From Camelus dromedarius (lineage: Eukaryota): 64,000 nucleotides of DNA. The translations under genes were made by a program, and so were the position numbers. Position 1 is the first letter of the stretch. The number at the start of each line of letters is the position of its first letter. The notes below the pieces were generated by a model, which was not told the origin of the DNA, did not search any database, and saw only the letters and a program-made list of their open reading frames with translations. Location: positions 24,800,001-24,864,000 of the forward strand of contig NC_087448.1 in NCBI RefSeq assembly GCF_036321535.1, read 5' to 3'. Positions 62,799-64,000 of the stretch are shown here, piece after piece.

Positions 62799-62909
62799 AT
62801 GAATAAAAGTACTTGTCTAGGGACAACAACGACCCCGAGCAAGCTGCGGAGGCTACACGGTCAGGCATTCCCTCAGCGTTTCGTCAGAGCCAGACCCGCC
62901 TGCAGCTGA
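62799..62909 (+). other. 36-codon upstream ORF MNKSTCLGTTTTPSKLRRLHGQAFPQRFVRARPACS*, homologous to the start of the human N-terminally extended EDNRB isoform
   Basis: Translated by hand (too short for the ORF track); similarity to the human long isoform N-terminus (MNKSTCL...TPSK...QRFVRARPACS) is from memory. Confidence 0.75.
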
Positions 62910-63017
62910 AGGGAGGCGTACTCTGTTCCCGGGTAGCCTGGAACCCAGTTGCTAGCCAAGCGCGTCCCGGGAAGGAGGTCCCCGCTGGTCGCTCTGCGCC
63001 TGCTGCGTCCGGTCCGC

Positions 63018-63026
63018 GAGGTAAAT
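63018..63026 (+). other. Putative splice donor of the alternative upstream EDNRB exon (GAG|GTAAAT, intron starts 63021)
   Basis: ccgcgag|gtaaatg; position matches the junction (...RE|ALKLRSG) in the recalled human isoform. Confidence 0.65.
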
Positions 63027-63796
63027 GTTCTGGCTTGGTGTTGAATTAAAATCAGTGATTGAACCTTATCCTGGGGCTTCAGCTTGGATCACTAGTTTGG
63101 GGTTTTTGTTTTTGTTTTTTTAAACAAACCGTATAGATACAGGGAATTAAAGTGGGGTTAGAGTGACGGGGAGCGCGTGTGTTTGAATCCACTTGGAAGG
63201 GACAGAAGCTTACGAGTTAATGCAGATACTCTCTCAATCGGACCGAGCTGAGAAGTGTCTGAGGTTTTCCGAGGCAGCCGGCACTCCTGGGAGCGCCGGG
63301 GAAACCCGAGCGCAGGCAGCCGGGAAGTAGCGGCTTTCACCCATGGGGAAGAGTCCTGGCGTCCAGACACCGGGTACCCCGGGTTCCCGCGGAGTAAAAT
63401 TCTGATTGGCACATGCCCCTGGCCTCTAGGTGCCTTGTTTCCCCGGTTCCCACGCGCCCTTAGCCAGAACGTACTCGTCTCCCTCAGGGCATACCAGGAG
63501 CTTAAAGCTTTGCTTTGGACCCCATCCTTTCCTCTTTAACACACCTCTTCCAGAATACCCCGCCCCACTGGGAGTCATTTACCCCTCGGGGGACGCAGGA
63601 GAGAAAAAAAAAAACAAAAACAGCGAAACCTGGTTCCGGAAAGACAGCCGAGGCGCGCAGCCGGGTCGCGCGCGCCGGAGTTCCCCACTGGCGCGCAAAC
63701 TTGAGTTACTTCTGCGCACGGATAGTGGGGGCGCGGCTGCGCGCTGCGCTAGCAGTTTGCAGGGGCGTGGCTGGGGTAGCTGACCCAAGTGTCCCG

Positions 63797-63822
63797 TCTT
63801 CCTTCCCTTGCTGCTCTCCAGA
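63797..63822 (+). other. Putative splice acceptor within the EDNRB 5'UTR (exon resumes at 63822)
   Basis: Polypyrimidine tract tcttccttcccttgctgctctcCAG|actcag, 52 nt before the ATG. Confidence 0.7.
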
Positions 63823-63873
63823 CTCAGAAAGCTGAGGAGCGGCCACCCGACGCCCACTAGAGCAGGCAGCAGC

Positions 63874-64000
63874 ATGCAGCCGCTGCCCAGCCTGCGCGGA
63901 CGCGCCCTTGTGGCGCTGATACTTGCCTGCGGCGTGGCAGGGGTCCAGGCAGAAGAGAGGGGACTCCCGCCGACCACCCTGCCACTTCTGGGGACTGGAG
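63874..64000 (+). CDS. EDNRB: Endothelin receptor type B, first 42 codons (signal peptide and start of extracellular N-terminus); continues beyond the window
   Basis: [42 protein letters not shown], highly similar to recalled bovine ([30 protein letters not shown]...) and human ETB N-termini; Kozak agcATGc; hydrophobic signal peptide; absent from the ORF track because it has no stop in the window. Confidence 0.97.
   Translation, partial: MQPLPSLRGRALVALILACGVAGVQAEERGLPPTTLPLLGTG

Larger units (their letters stand above)
62370..64000. promoter_or_regulatory. EDNRB CpG island and promoter region
   Basis: Abrupt rise in GC and CpG density (e.g. gtcgcgcgcgccgg) against a CpG-depleted background; aaacttgagttactt... 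(about 63697) and gctgacccaagtgtcc resemble the recalled human EDNRB 5'UTR. Confidence 0.9.

Noticed and set aside
63430-63977. Several 106-132 aa ORFs on both strands in the CpG island
   Set aside because: Stop-poor GC-rich DNA; the real frame starts at 63874
1-64000. CRISPR arrays, operons, prokaryotic or viral defence systems, rRNA genes, intact ERV gag/pol/env
   Set aside because: No spaced repeat arrays, long ORFs or rRNA-like sequence; the window is mammalian intergenic DNA

Overview
Mammalian genomic DNA, most likely camelid (a Vic-1-type tRNA-derived SINE with its target-site duplication lies at 57705-57843). The window is about 62 kb of AT-rich, CpG-depleted non-coding sequence upstream of EDNRB (endothelin receptor type B), ending in the EDNRB CpG-island promoter and the first 42 codons of EDNRB (ATG at 63874, + strand, running off the window). 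No other protein-coding gene, RNA gene or CRISPR array is supported. The listed ORFs are chance ORFs in repeats, GC-rich DNA or N-runs. The rest is ancient transposon debris (L1, L2, MIR, MaLR/ERVL/ERV1 LTRs, hAT-Charlie), microsatellites and three N-runs. I see no convincing new multi-gene system. The most interesting items are: (i) a broken counterpart of the human N-terminally extended EDNRB isoform, now a 36-codon uORF; (ii) a polyadenylated LTR-transcript fragment flanked by an unusually long 68-bp direct duplication; (iii) several repeat-free clusters of SOX/homeodomain/E-box motifs that are candidate distal EDNRB enhancers. Repeat family names come from recalled consensus sequences, and boundaries are approximate unless a junction is quoted.
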